Shown one piece after another: positions 10,813 through 20,726 of a DNA stretch of 64,000 bases (position 1 is the stretch's first letter; the number at the start of each line of letters is the position of its first letter). The stretch is from Escherichia phage A7_1. The stretch lies in the sequence record OP795442; one strand, given 5' to 3'. Below the pieces are notes generated by a model. The model made no database searches and was not told the DNA's origin. It saw nothing but the letters and a program-made list of their open reading frames with translations. The translations under genes and the position numbers were made by a program.

Positions 10813-10834
10813 GGGGGCTTAGGCCCCCTCTTTC
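10813..10834 (+). terminator. rho-independent terminator
   Basis: GGGGGC-TTAG-GCCCCC hairpin followed by TCTTTC; directly after the stop of the 1266 aa gene. Confidence 0.55.
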
Positions 10835-10848
10835 AGAAAGGAGTTAAT

Positions 10849-11484
10849 ATGGTGATCGATAAGATTTATGGCTGGACCCCCATGATCCGCATGTCTGACA
10901 TGCGTTATCCGGTATACCTGGCCGACTACCGTGCTGAATATCCTAACGTATCTATTGGTAGCTTTGTTTACGCTGTCGGTATGGCTGAAGTTGGATATCA
11001 TGCGGTTTATGATGTACCGATGCCGCAAGGTGATGTTGTTACGGAAGGACTTCCAGAATTACGAGAAGACGGTTTCTGGTACAGAACTTGGAACGTTAGA
11101 GATTTCACCGAGCAAGAGATTGCCGATAATCTTATCCGTGAAAAAGAGCAACGCATCAATGAAGCTCGAATGGTTCTAGATAATGAAAGATCTGAGGGTG
11201 TTTTTGTATCCGGTAAAAGATATCAATCCGACGCTCAAGCTTTTACTTATTACAGTTCTATCTCTGCTGTTGCTAAAGATTCACCTGAAGGTGTTTTTCA
11301 CTTAGTGACCTCTGACAATCAGGTGGAGGAATTTTTTGGTGATGACGTTATTGTCCACATCAAAGAAATTCAAAAAGTAAATGCAAAAATTTACGATGAG
11401 TTTGCTAAAATTGTAAAAGTTATCCGCGAAGCAAAATCCCCTGAAGAAATCCCTCAAGTTCCTCCCTCGTTCCAAAATATCTAA
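10849..11484 (+). CDS. hypothetical protein (between collagen-like genes)
   Basis: 211 aa ORF with AAAGGAG RBS; possibly a fiber assembly factor by position only. Confidence 0.55.
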   Translation: MVIDKIYGWTPMIRMSDMRYPVYLADYRAEYPNVSIGSFVYAVGMAEVGYHAVYDVPMPQGDVVTEGLPELREDGFWYRTWNVRDFTEQEIADNLIREKEQRINEARMVLDNERSEGVFVSGKRYQSDAQAFTYYSSISAVAKDSPEGVFHLVTSDNQVEEFFGDDVIVHIKEIQKVNAKIYDEFAKIVKVIREAKSPEEIPQVPPSFQNI

Positions 11485-11516
11485 TTAATCTCCTAACGTA
11501 ACAGAAGGATGTAAAA

Positions 11517-13100
11517 ATGAGTACACTTGCTCGTGGTATTGCAGGAGAACAAAGAGGCGTATTTTATGGATATGCTCTTTACGATCTGGAACAAAAAAGA
11601 AAGATAGCCTTTAAAGATTTAACTAAGGGTGACTCAGGGGCAAAGGGCGATAAGGGTGATCCTGGTCCAGAAGGTCCACAAGGTGATAAAGGAGATACCG
11701 GAGAGCAAGGCCCTGTAGGACCTCAAGGTCCTGCTGGTGCAACAGGGCCACAAGGTGTGTCTGGTGAAAGAGGACCTCAAGGTCCCGAAGGTCCTGTAGG
11801 ACCTCAAGGTCCAATTGGTCCCGAAGGCCCAGTAGGGCCAATTGGCCCCCAAGGTCCAGAAGGTCCTAAAGGAGAGCAAGGTGACCAAGGCCCTTCTGGA
11901 TCTCAAGGCCCTCAAGGATTAAAAGGGGATACAGGGCCACAAGGACCTCAAGGTCCCGTTGGACCCAGAGGAGAGACAGGTGCAACAGGACCTGTTGGAC
12001 CTAAAGGGGACACAGGCCCAACAGGTCCAAAAGGAGAAACGGGTGAACAGGGACCCATTGGTCCGCAAGGACCTAAGGGTGATACAGGGCCTGTGGGTCC
12101 TGCAAGCTTAACCTTCAGAGGTTTCTATGAACCTCTTGAAGAATACAACGAAAAGGATACAGTAGCTTATAATGGTTCTACTTATTTTGCGTTAAGAACC
12201 AGTACAGGAGCAACACCGGATATTTCTCCCGATGACTGGGCATTACTTGCAGCTGAAGGTGCAGTTGGACCACAAGGACCTATGGGACCAGAGGGTCCGC
12301 AAGGTATCGCTGGTGCTCAAGGTCAGGAAGGCCCTGTAGGACCGCAAGGTGAACAGGGTCCGGTTGGACCTGTTGGCCCACAAGGCCCACAAGGTCCTGC
12401 GGGTCAGGAAGGAATAGAAGGCCCTCAGGGACCTCAAGGAGAAGAAGGCCCTATGGGACCTCAGGGACCACAAGGGATTGTAGGACCAACAGGTCCACAA
12501 GGCCCTCAAGGCCCCAAAGGGGACACTGGTGCAGTTGGACCACAAGGTCCTCAAGGCCAACAAGGTCTTGATGGTCCACAAGGCCCTGCTGGTCCGCAAG
12601 GCGAAAGAGGTGTTACTGGACTAACCGGACCCCAAGGTCCCAAGGGTGATATCGGCCCTGTGGGTCCGGCTGGCCCTCAAGGTAAGGATGGTAATTCTTA
12701 CACTATCTACAACTGGGGCAACATATCAACGGGCTATGGTGAGATGGTAATACCTGGTGTTACTAACACAGTATTCAGAGTGAGACGAGTAGGAACCACA
12801 TTAGAATACAGTGTACTTAGTAAAGGTGGTGCGAATAGATACCTTGACTTCCATACCATAATTCCAGCCCCCTCTACAGGGGGCGCTGTAATTATCCAAT
12901 CAGGAAATACAACATTGACATCCTCCAGCTCTTTAAATGTTGTTACATCTGCACCTCCTGGTCTTGGTTTTCGACCAATATTCATCTCTTTAAAAGAGTG
13001 GGGAGATAGGGCAATAGTAACCATAGAGGTTTTCCACACAGGTAGAAGTGGAGATGCCAGTTACCCAATACATGTTCGTATGCTAACGACGAAGTATTGA
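11517..13100 (+). CDS. collagen-like protein (second fiber protein)
   Basis: 527 aa; about 300 residues of uninterrupted Gly-X-Y (GPQGP, GPVGP) in two blocks plus a C-terminal globular domain of about 140 aa. Confidence 0.8.
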   Translation: MSTLARGIAGEQRGVFYGYALYDLEQKRKIAFKDLTKGDSGAKGDKGDPGPEGPQGDKGDTGEQGPVGPQGPAGATGPQGVSGERGPQGPEGPVGPQGPIGPEGPVGPIGPQGPEGPKGEQGDQGPSGSQGPQGLKGDTGPQGPQGPVGPRGETGATGPVGPKGDTGPTGPKGETGEQGPIGPQGPKGDTGPVGPASLTFRGFYEPLEEYNEKDTVAYNGSTYFALRTSTGATPDISPDDWALLAAEGAVGPQGPMGPEGPQGIAGAQGQEGPVGPQGEQGPVGPVGPQGPQGPAGQEGIEGPQGPQGEEGPMGPQGPQGIVGPTGPQGPQGPKGDTGAVGPQGPQGQQGLDGPQGPAGPQGERGVTGLTGPQGPKGDIGPVGPAGPQGKDGNSYTIYNWGNISTGYGEMVIPGVTNTVFRVRRVGTTLEYSVLSKGGANRYLDFHTIIPAPSTGGAVIIQSGNTTLTSSSSLNVVTSAPPGLGFRPIFISLKEWGDRAIVTIEVFHTGRSGDASYPIHVRMLTTKY

Positions 13101-13104
13101 CATG

Positions 13105-13134
13105 AAAGCCACCTTCGGGTGGCTTTATTTTTAT
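13105..13134 (+). terminator. rho-independent terminator
   Basis: AAAGCCACC-TTCG-GGTGGCTTT hairpin followed by ATTTTTAT. Confidence 0.75.
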
Positions 13135-13157
13135 ACAAATGACTTTCTTTTAATTTT

Positions 13158-13712
13158 GTGATAACATGTTTTAATACACTGGAGGAATATATGACTGATG
13201 AAGAAGTAGTACAACTTGTCCGTAACTTTTTAGGCGGTCTTACTGAAGATGAAATGCCTGATAGCATGATTCTGTTTTTCTATAATAAATGGAAGGTCTG
13301 TTATGATTTAGAAAACAGACCTGATCAATTCTCCATTATTCTTTATAACACCGTATTAGATTGTGTCCGCTGGCTTCTGGTTCAAAGCGTTTCAAGTGGT
13401 GCTTCTGGCATCCGTGAAAGATTTGAGAAGGTAGGTGATGAGACGATATCTGTTAAGTATGGAGATAGCTCAGGTAATTGGCAAAATTTCTTGGATTACC
13501 TGCTTGAACATCCCGAATATATAGATCCTTGTTTAAAAGAGGCAAACGGGAATGGTTCAGGTCTTGTCATCATTGGCGGCGTAAGAAGAAATGAAGTTAA
13601 CCGTGTTCGTAGAAACCCAAATTCTCATAACGGTTTCATGGAGCAAGGTATCTATCCCGCACCAGGTACAAGATCCAGTGTAAGAAAGCGTAATCCGTGG
13701 ATGGTTAAGTAA
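13158..13712 (+). CDS. hypothetical protein (head completion / connector region)
   Basis: ORF after terminator; the more likely start is ATG 13191 after GGAGG (MTDEEVVQ...). Confidence 0.55.
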   Translation: MITCFNTLEEYMTDEEVVQLVRNFLGGLTEDEMPDSMILFFYNKWKVCYDLENRPDQFSIILYNTVLDCVRWLLVQSVSSGASGIRERFEKVGDETISVKYGDSSGNWQNFLDYLLEHPEYIDPCLKEANGNGSGLVIIGGVRRNEVNRVRRNPNSHNGFMEQGIYPAPGTRSSVRKRNPWMVK

Positions 13713-13775
13713 AGCTTTGAGTTTGTTGCTTTTGCTCATCTATTGTGGTAAAATAACTTTCATGGAGAAATAACC

Positions 13776-14237
13776 GTGAAGAAAACATCGACAATTGATT
13801 TTTCTGTCATGGATCGCTATTTCGACCAACTCTCAGATTTAGAAACAAAAGAGATTGAGGTGGGCTTCTTTGATGAGGCTCATTACTCTGGTCTAAATAT
13901 GGCGACTCTCGCAGCGATTCACGAACTAGGATGGAACAATCTTCCTGAACGTAACTTCATGCTTTCCACATCGATCCATTATCGAGGTGGACTTATCAAG
14001 AACCTCAAAAAACTCAATGATGATTTACTGAAAGGTAAGCCATATGACCCTGTGCTTAAGAAAATAGGTAAAGACTACGCTGACAGCATTCGTTTTACGA
14101 TTGACCAAGGTACGTTCTCTAATAACCGAGTGTCTACAGCATGGGCGAGCTATAAAGGGTTCAGTGATGCAATGATCCATTACGGCGATCTTTCAGATTC
14201 AGCGAAGTTTAAGATTGTCCCTCTTACGAAAGACTAA
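13776..14237 (+). CDS. hypothetical protein (neck / tail completion region)
   Basis: 153 aa, GTG start after GGAGA RBS; position between head and tail genes. Confidence 0.5.
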   Translation: MKKTSTIDFSVMDRYFDQLSDLETKEIEVGFFDEAHYSGLNMATLAAIHELGWNNLPERNFMLSTSIHYRGGLIKNLKKLNDDLLKGKPYDPVLKKIGKDYADSIRFTIDQGTFSNNRVSTAWASYKGFSDAMIHYGDLSDSAKFKIVPLTKD

Positions 14238-14246
14238 GGAGGCATC

Positions 14247-14687
14247 ATGTCTCGTGGCTATTTATTGTTAAGCCGTCGCAATCAGCTTATTCCTCGTATC
14301 GAGGTTGAAGGTCGCAGACGCGCTTATAAAAAGGTTGATCTGGATGACCCGTTTGATAACGGTGGTCTGGAGATTGAATATACACCATTCACGGCTGTTG
14401 AATGTGTCATTCAACCAATCAGAGGCAAAGCGCTTCGTGACCAGAACAACCAACTGACTACTGCTGGTGAGGAAGATTATGATTCCTACACTGTGTATTC
14501 AGAAACTGTATTGTATCGTGCACAAGAAGGAACGGATAAACTTTCTGATCAATTGTGGCTTCCCAATTCTGTTGGTGAGAATAGTTGGTTTACAGTAATG
14601 AAAGCTGACCGTTACCCAAGTGCAGGCAACATGAGATATCGTTACTATCTGATCGCTGTACCTGTTGGAACAGAGGGTGGATTATAA
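14247..14687 (+). CDS. hypothetical protein (neck / tail completion region)
   Basis: 146 aa, AGGAGG RBS; stop overlaps the next start. Confidence 0.55.
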   Translation: MSRGYLLLSRRNQLIPRIEVEGRRRAYKKVDLDDPFDNGGLEIEYTPFTAVECVIQPIRGKALRDQNNQLTTAGEEDYDSYTVYSETVLYRAQEGTDKLSDQLWLPNSVGENSWFTVMKADRYPSAGNMRYRYYLIAVPVGTEGGL

Positions 14688-15346
14688 TGGATCAATTGCC
14701 TAATGAGTTTACAAACTCCGACGAGATTATGGGCAATCTCACAAGGGTTATCGGTCGTCTCTTGAAAGACGTAACCACTTATAAGGTGGTTGAAGCTGGT
14801 GAAACAATCCCTAAAGTTGAGGGACCATTCATCCTCGTAGACCTCTCAGATTTAAGCCCTCTCGATTGGGAAACAAATCAGATTGTTGAGAATGGTATTA
14901 CACACACTGTTCACAACTACACTGCAACATACACACTCACCGCATATCGTGGAAAACCTCACTGGGCATTGACTCGTTTTCATCAGGCATTGAGCCTTGC
15001 ATGGATAAGAGATAAATACTTCCCTGTCGGATCACCTTATGCTTACTCGTCCACTTCTTCTATTGCAAGATTAAGAATTCCTCTTAATGAGCAATATTAT
15101 GAAAACAGGGCAAGGGTACTGATTACCTTTAACGTTACGTTCGTTGAAAGTGACTTTGGTCAGTTTGAAAATATCGAGAGCATCATTATCGACACCAGTG
15201 TTTCAGATCCTTCTGGAAACAAGATCGAAAATGAAGCCATTGTAGATATCAACGTCAAACCAGGTGGTGATGGTCCTAGTATCCCGCCAGAACCGGAGAT
15301 TCCTTTCACTTACATCGATACTATCGTTACTGTAAACGAGAAGTAA
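14687..15346 (+). CDS. hypothetical protein (tail completion region)
   Basis: 219 aa; ATGA overlap with the upstream gene. Confidence 0.55.
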   Translation: MDQLPNEFTNSDEIMGNLTRVIGRLLKDVTTYKVVEAGETIPKVEGPFILVDLSDLSPLDWETNQIVENGITHTVHNYTATYTLTAYRGKPHWALTRFHQALSLAWIRDKYFPVGSPYAYSSTSSIARLRIPLNEQYYENRARVLITFNVTFVESDFGQFENIESIIIDTSVSDPSGNKIENEAIVDINVKPGGDGPSIPPEPEIPFTYIDTIVTVNEK

Positions 15347-15458
15347 ATCCGGTTATTGATAGGCACACGCTTATCAGTGACAAATGAGGGGCTTTTAGCC
15401 CCTAATCAATTGGCACTTCCGGTGCTAGTCAATAATCGTCTAGAAGCAGAGGATAAAC

Positions 15459-16874
15459 ATGGCTTATGAAGATAAGGTAGTTGACGTCGAGGTAACGCTT
15501 GGCACTCAACCTATTGATACCGTAGGGTTTGAAACCCCAATGTTCTTAGCAGTACACAATAATTTCCCTGAACGTCTCCGTCTGTACGGATCTGTGGAAA
15601 GTCTGGTTGGTGATGGATTTGCAGTTGGGTCCGCAGCATATCAATTCGCATCCAATGCATTTGGTGGGTCTTTTGCCCCACAACTGGTAGCAATTGGTCG
15701 TATGTCCATGTCTGGTTCTCGAATCGACTTCACAGGCACTACCAATACCGAGCGTGTTGTGGTAAACATTACTATCAATAAGGTGGTAAAGGCAATAACT
15801 ATCACGATCAACCCTGGAAACACCCCTGGTCAGATCGCAACTGCTCTTGCAGAAGGTATTAACAATGATGTAGATTTGGCTGGTCGCGTTACTGCAACTG
15901 TTGAAGGCAGTACAGTCGTAGTTGTGCAATCCGCAGAGATTATCAGTGTAGGTAAAGGCGAAGGTAGCTACAAGATTGTAAACACCTCTGTTGAAACTGT
16001 TGCAACTGTTCTTCCGCAGGTACTTGCTGAAAACCACAACTGGTACTTCCTGTCTCACGAACAACGTTCTGATGCAGATATCGTTGCAGCGGCTGAATTT
16101 GCACAAGCTAATTACAAACTGCACGTATATAACTCCAGTGACAGCGATGCTCTGGCAGCAGCTAACCAAAGCGCTTCTGTGTTTGACACTCTGAAAGCTC
16201 TGGGTTACAACTCTTTAGGGACTTACGACAAAGAAGCGGATGTAGAATTCACCGAAGGTTCTGTTATCGGCGCAATGGCTGCTAACGATCCTTCTTACGG
16301 TGACTCTATTCACCTGAAGACAATGCCTGGCATGAAGCCTTCTACGATTTCCGAAACTCAGCGTAGCAACGCTTGGGGACGTAACGCAAACATCTATCGT
16401 GCAATGTACGGCACTAACAGCTACATCGAAGGGCGTACCTCCAGCGGTCAGTATGTTGACGTTATTCGTTTCTCCCATTGGCTGAAATTCCGCATGGAAG
16501 AATCTGTATTCGGATACATGAAGCGTCGTTCTGATCAAGGCCAGTCCATGAAGATGAGTGATGAAGACCTTCCGGTTCTGCGATCTATCCTGTTTAATAA
16601 CCCAATCAACATCGGTATTCGTAATGGTGGCATTCTGACTGGTTATGACACAGTGAACCGTGTTAGCTATGATCCGATTATCACCATTCCTCGCCGTGCT
16701 GAAATCCCAAGTAATGACTTAGCTAACCGTATTCTGCGTGATGTTAAAGTTGAAGTGGTTTACAACAACTCCCTGCACTACGTTAAAATTCGCGCTGCTG
16801 TTGTTCTGGATCGTCCGCAAAACACGACCCAAAGCACTCAGACTCCTTTCACTAACTCTACTGTAGGGGTGTAA
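15459..16874 (+). CDS. putative tail sheath protein
   Basis: 471 aa ORF immediately upstream of a 160 aa tube-sized gene, chaperone pair and tape measure (myovirus order); biased codon usage. Confidence 0.6.
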   Translation: MAYEDKVVDVEVTLGTQPIDTVGFETPMFLAVHNNFPERLRLYGSVESLVGDGFAVGSAAYQFASNAFGGSFAPQLVAIGRMSMSGSRIDFTGTTNTERVVVNITINKVVKAITITINPGNTPGQIATALAEGINNDVDLAGRVTATVEGSTVVVVQSAEIISVGKGEGSYKIVNTSVETVATVLPQVLAENHNWYFLSHEQRSDADIVAAAEFAQANYKLHVYNSSDSDALAAANQSASVFDTLKALGYNSLGTYDKEADVEFTEGSVIGAMAANDPSYGDSIHLKTMPGMKPSTISETQRSNAWGRNANIYRAMYGTNSYIEGRTSSGQYVDVIRFSHWLKFRMEESVFGYMKRRSDQGQSMKMSDEDLPVLRSILFNNPINIGIRNGGILTGYDTVNRVSYDPIITIPRRAEIPSNDLANRILRDVKVEVVYNNSLHYVKIRAAVVLDRPQNTTQSTQTPFTNSTVGV

Positions 16875-16877
16875 TAG

Positions 16878-17360
16878 ATGGCACTGAATCCTAAGTTAAT
16901 TAGTCTCCAGGCATACGACCCAGCGAAGGTTCTGATCTTCATCGGCGGTCAACGTGTTTCTGGATTTGCCGCTGATACGAAAGTTGTTGTTTCTCGTAAC
17001 AACGATAACATTACCCCGCTGTCTGGTGTTGATGGTGAAGTAAGTTCGGCTATCGTTCGCGACAACTCTGGTGTAGTAACTATCTCCTTGCAGAATACTT
17101 CTGTATGGAACGGTTATCTTTCCCAATGGCAGTTGCAAGCCCGTCTGACCGGACTTGTTTACTTCCCAATCCAGATTGAAGGTTCTCAGGGTCTGTCCTT
17201 GAACACCTTTGGTTGGATTCAACGTCAACCAGACCTGACCTATGGATCTGAAGTAGGGCAGATGGACTGGGAAATCGGCGTTGTCGATGCACAACTGAGT
17301 GCTGACCAGATTCAGGGTGTTGCTGCCGGAATCGGTGGAATCCTCGGTCTGGATCAATAA
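16878..17360 (+). CDS. putative tail tube protein
   Basis: 160 aa ORF between the sheath-sized gene and the chaperone pair. Confidence 0.55.
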   Translation: MALNPKLISLQAYDPAKVLIFIGGQRVSGFAADTKVVVSRNNDNITPLSGVDGEVSSAIVRDNSGVVTISLQNTSVWNGYLSQWQLQARLTGLVYFPIQIEGSQGLSLNTFGWIQRQPDLTYGSEVGQMDWEIGVVDAQLSADQIQGVAAGIGGILGLDQ

Positions 17361-17440
17361 TTACGTGAGCCTCAAGGATGAGGCCCTTCTCACGCAATGG
17401 ATGATATTCATATTAACAAAGTGGACACAGGAGTGTAAAC

Positions 17441-17911
17441 GTGCAAGGTTTTAAATTTAAAAAGACCACAGAGATTACTCTTTGCGGCGGTAAGCGATTC
17501 ACAATCTATCATTGGTCACCTACTCAAGTTATCCGTAATATGCCTAAGATTGGTAAACTGGTAGCTGTTCCTTTGGGCACGATGGCAGGTTCTGCTATTT
17601 CCGGTGGACAAGATTTTCAAGACGCTGTACCAACAGCAATTCTCTACATCTTAGATCGCATAGATGAAGGTGGTCTGGAAATTATTAATCTTCTGTTGGA
17701 AGGTGTAGAAGTAGACAACATGGGTGGCCCTATTGATATAGACGAAGTGTTCGATGGTCACGTAGAAGATTTGTTTAAACTGCTGGCAGAAATTATACAG
17801 GTGAACTACGGCTGTTTTTTCGGCAAGAGCGGTTTCGGGACAATCGAAAATCTCCTTCAGAAGTTCGGTCTGGTTCGCAAGGTGGACCAACTGGATCAGA
17901 CGGAAGCCTGA
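17441..17911 (+). CDS. tail assembly chaperone (G-like, frame 0 product)
   Basis: 156 aa ORF directly upstream of the tape measure gene; contains slippery heptamer T-TTT-TTC near its 3' end. Confidence 0.6.
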   Translation: MQGFKFKKTTEITLCGGKRFTIYHWSPTQVIRNMPKIGKLVAVPLGTMAGSAISGGQDFQDAVPTAILYILDRIDEGGLEIINLLLEGVEVDNMGGPIDIDEVFDGHVEDLFKLLAEIIQVNYGCFFGKSGFGTIENLLQKFGLVRKVDQLDQTEA

Positions 17912-18177
17912 GGCCGCTGAGTACGGTGGAAAGGGCCTTGGAGTATTGTAGGAAAAACTCCAGTCTGAAATGGTATGACTATCTTTATTTCCGTGTCATG
18001 GAGAAATTCAAGGGAGTTAATGAACTTTCTATTGAAAGTGGGGACATGGAAGACCTTCTTAAGAAAAATGAATATATAGATATTCAAGAATATTTGGAAG
18101 GTGTTCAAGAGAAAGAGAAGGAATACGAACGCCAGCGAATGGAACAACAAGAGGCCCAGTTAAAACGGAGAAAGTAA
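17441..18177 (+). CDS. tail assembly chaperone frameshift fusion (GT-like), predicted
   Basis: Frame 0 up to 17820 joined by -1 slip to the frame of ORF 17926-18177; about 245 aa. Conserved G/GT arrangement upstream of tape measure genes. Confidence 0.45.
17815..17821 (+). other. putative -1 programmed frameshift slippery site (TTTTTTC)
   Basis: X-XXY-YYZ heptamer in the chaperone frame (codons TTT-TTC = FF); the -1 frame stays open from 17821 to the stop at 18177. Confidence 0.5.
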
Positions 18178-18185
18178 ATAAATAG

Positions 18186-18220
18186 GGCTGGAGTCGAAAG
18201 ACTCTGGCCTTTATTTTTAT
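18186..18220 (+). terminator. rho-independent terminator (attenuator before tape measure)
   Basis: GGCTGGAGTC-GAAA-GACTCTGGCC hairpin (two G-U pairs) followed by TTTATTTTTATT. Confidence 0.55.
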
Positions 18221-18234
18221 TATGAGGAGTCAAA

Positions 18235-20658
18235 ATGGCTGTTGAAGTAATTGCAACAACAAAGAACCGTGTCATATTTGAAACTGACAAAGGTTCCTAT
18301 CGAAAAGCTCGTGAAGAGATTCGAAAACTCTCTAACGAATGGAAAAAGGCTTCAACAGAGGCTACTGCTGCCGGAAAGAATTCTCCTGCTGAGGCTTATA
18401 AACAATCTGCCCGTGAAATGCGATTAGTCAGTAAACGTTTGGAAGAAACTCGCAAACGTGAAGAGAAGAAAGCGACAGATTATCGTATTGCTCTGGCAAA
18501 GAAAGAAGCCAAGGCAAAGGAAGCGATCCAAAAGGTTTCTGCTGCAAAAATACGACAACAGGTTAAAAGCCTGACGGCTGCATCCCCTGGTTCTGCTGAG
18601 ATGAGAAAGTTCTATCAGGAACAGGAGAAAGCTGCCCGTGCTGCTGCAAGATCTGCAAACCGTACAGCGACACCTTTACCGCCTTTCAACATCCAACGTG
18701 TGGAAGCTGCAAATCAATTATTATCTCGCGGTAACAGAGAGCCAGGGTCAGGTATTGTTGGAGATCCTAATAGCCGATTCAACCCTGATTTAATTGCTGC
18801 ACAAAACAGAGCGATGCAACGTAGTTCTCGTATCAAAGAGAGAATGCAGAAGCAACAAACTCAAGAACAGGAACGTGAACGTGTCCGCGCTGCTCGTGCT
18901 GCTGCCCGTATTGATGATGTTACAGCACAACAACGTATTCGTCTATCCTCTCGATATGGTCGTGGTTATGCAGGTGCTTTGGGTCGTGATTCAGAGGGTC
19001 GTGGGATTGAAGATCTTAATAGACAATTCCGTGCGGGTACATTATCATCTGGACAATATCGACAAAGTGTTCAGGCACTCGAAAGACAATTTCGCGCCGC
19101 ACAATCAAGTGCTGGGTCTTTCTCTTCTACGTTGAGAGATATTCGTTCTAACTTGGTAAGTGCTACGGCTGCATATGGTGTTTTCTCCGCAGGTGCATCA
19201 ATCACTCGTCAAGGTCAATTCTTCGAAGGTATTAATGCAACCTCCTTGCTGATCTCTGATTCAGCAGAAGAGGCTGGTCAGCGTGTTAAGTTTGTTCGTG
19301 ACGAAGCATACCGTTTAGGTTTGGATCTGAAAACTGCATCGCAGGGATTTACCCAGTTAGCGATCTCTGCTGATGGTGTTATTAGTAAATCTCAAACAGA
19401 CGAATTATTTAGTGCATTTTCTGAATATTCCACCGCACTTCAGGTCGATCCCGTAAGATATCAGCGTGGCATTACAGCAATTCAACAGATCCTTGGTAAA
19501 GGTCAAGTAATGGCTGAAGAACTAAAGGGTCAGTTGGCTGAAGCAATTCCTGGTTCTTTACAGGTATTCTTGAAAGCAACTCAAGAAGCATTCGGCGACA
19601 CCTCTATCGACATTGCAAAATTGTTGAAGTTGATGGAAGATGGTGAATTGAAAGCCTCCAAGATCATACCCCTGGTTGGAAAATACTATGCAGAAGCTGC
19701 TAATAAGGGTGGCGCACTGGATAAAGCTTTAGAAAGTAACCGTGTTGCTTACCAGCGTTTAACTCAGACTTTTGCAGAGTTTCAAAACAGAATATTCCAA
19801 GGTGGCTTTGGTGAACAACTGACAAGAGTTTTCAATAACTTAGCTACAATCCTATCAAGCAATGGTAACGTTGCAAGCACCATCGGTAGATTCTTCGGTA
19901 ACGTAATTGAAGGATTTACAGACATGGTTCTTGAAATACATGATAACCTTGTCCTTTTGGATCGTGTGGTGTCTTATTACTTCAAGAAAATAGGTGTTGA
20001 AGGTGATACTCTTCGTCAAGTGTTTGATTGGGGTTCTTATCTCCTTGGTATCGGATTGTTCCTCGGCGGTCTAACTAAAGTGTTTAATATCCTAGCTAAG
20101 ATTGCAGGATTAAAAGGTGCACTTAAGGAGATTCGTGGAACCCTTGGTGGAGATTTAGCTACGGGTGGAAAAACCACAACTGGTGCAAACACTACAGCCT
20201 CTGGTGGCGCAACTACCCCAGGTAAGACAAGTGTAGCTGGAAGATTCAGTCAACTTGGTAAGCTTGGTAAGCTTTTTGGCCTTGGTACGCTTTATTCAGC
20301 AGGGTCAGAAATCAATGACCGCTTTATCCAAAGTGGAGAGAGCCGATTGGCTGGAGCAGGGCTTGACGCAACAGCTTTCCAGCAGCAATATGGTGTAACT
20401 CCACAACCTGTCGGGTTAACTGATGTGTTCAGAGAGTTGTTTGGTGGCTCTCGTGACATAACTGTAGATCCTAACACTATCTCGACTCCATCTGGTATTC
20501 GCCCTAGCGGATTTCCTCTGGAAACTCCAGCAGCACCACCTGAAGGTAAGATCACCGTTGAGATCAAGAGTGGAGAGATTCGTCAATATATCCGTGCAAT
20601 TGTGGATGAAGAGAACGGATTCAATATCAACCTGCTCACTCAGGGTGGTAACCAATAA
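18235..20658 (+). CDS. tail tape measure protein
   Basis: 807 aa, Ala/Arg/Gln-rich helical N-terminal region and Gly-rich hydrophobic segment; directly downstream of the frameshifted chaperone pair. Confidence 0.8.
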   Translation: MAVEVIATTKNRVIFETDKGSYRKAREEIRKLSNEWKKASTEATAAGKNSPAEAYKQSAREMRLVSKRLEETRKREEKKATDYRIALAKKEAKAKEAIQKVSAAKIRQQVKSLTAASPGSAEMRKFYQEQEKAARAAARSANRTATPLPPFNIQRVEAANQLLSRGNREPGSGIVGDPNSRFNPDLIAAQNRAMQRSSRIKERMQKQQTQEQERERVRAARAAARIDDVTAQQRIRLSSRYGRGYAGALGRDSEGRGIEDLNRQFRAGTLSSGQYRQSVQALERQFRAAQSSAGSFSSTLRDIRSNLVSATAAYGVFSAGASITRQGQFFEGINATSLLISDSAEEAGQRVKFVRDEAYRLGLDLKTASQGFTQLAISADGVISKSQTDELFSAFSEYSTALQVDPVRYQRGITAIQQILGKGQVMAEELKGQLAEAIPGSLQVFLKATQEAFGDTSIDIAKLLKLMEDGELKASKIIPLVGKYYAEAANKGGALDKALESNRVAYQRLTQTFAEFQNRIFQGGFGEQLTRVFNNLATILSSNGNVASTIGRFFGNVIEGFTDMVLEIHDNLVLLDRVVSYYFKKIGVEGDTLRQVFDWGSYLLGIGLFLGGLTKVFNILAKIAGLKGALKEIRGTLGGDLATGGKTTTGANTTASGGATTPGKTSVAGRFSQLGKLGKLFGLGTLYSAGSEINDRFIQSGESRLAGAGLDATAFQQQYGVTPQPVGLTDVFRELFGGSRDITVDPNTISTPSGIRPSGFPLETPAAPPEGKITVEIKSGEIRQYIRAIVDEENGFNINLLTQGGNQ

Positions 20659-20664
20659 TTACAG

Positions 20665-20690
20665 GGGGCTTCGGCCCCCTTTTTTATTGT
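20665..20690 (+). terminator. rho-independent terminator
   Basis: GGGGGC-TTCG-GCCCCC followed by TTTTTTATT. Confidence 0.75.
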
Positions 20691-20726
20691 ACTTATTCGT
20701 GTTAAAATACTGAAAGGAGGAAACTT

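Noticed and set aside
11623-12599. Antisense ORFs 11623-11841, 11634-11915 and 12243-12599 within the second collagen-like gene
   Set aside because: Same artefact of repetitive GGN-CCN DNA; fully contained in the 527 aa gene on the opposite strand.
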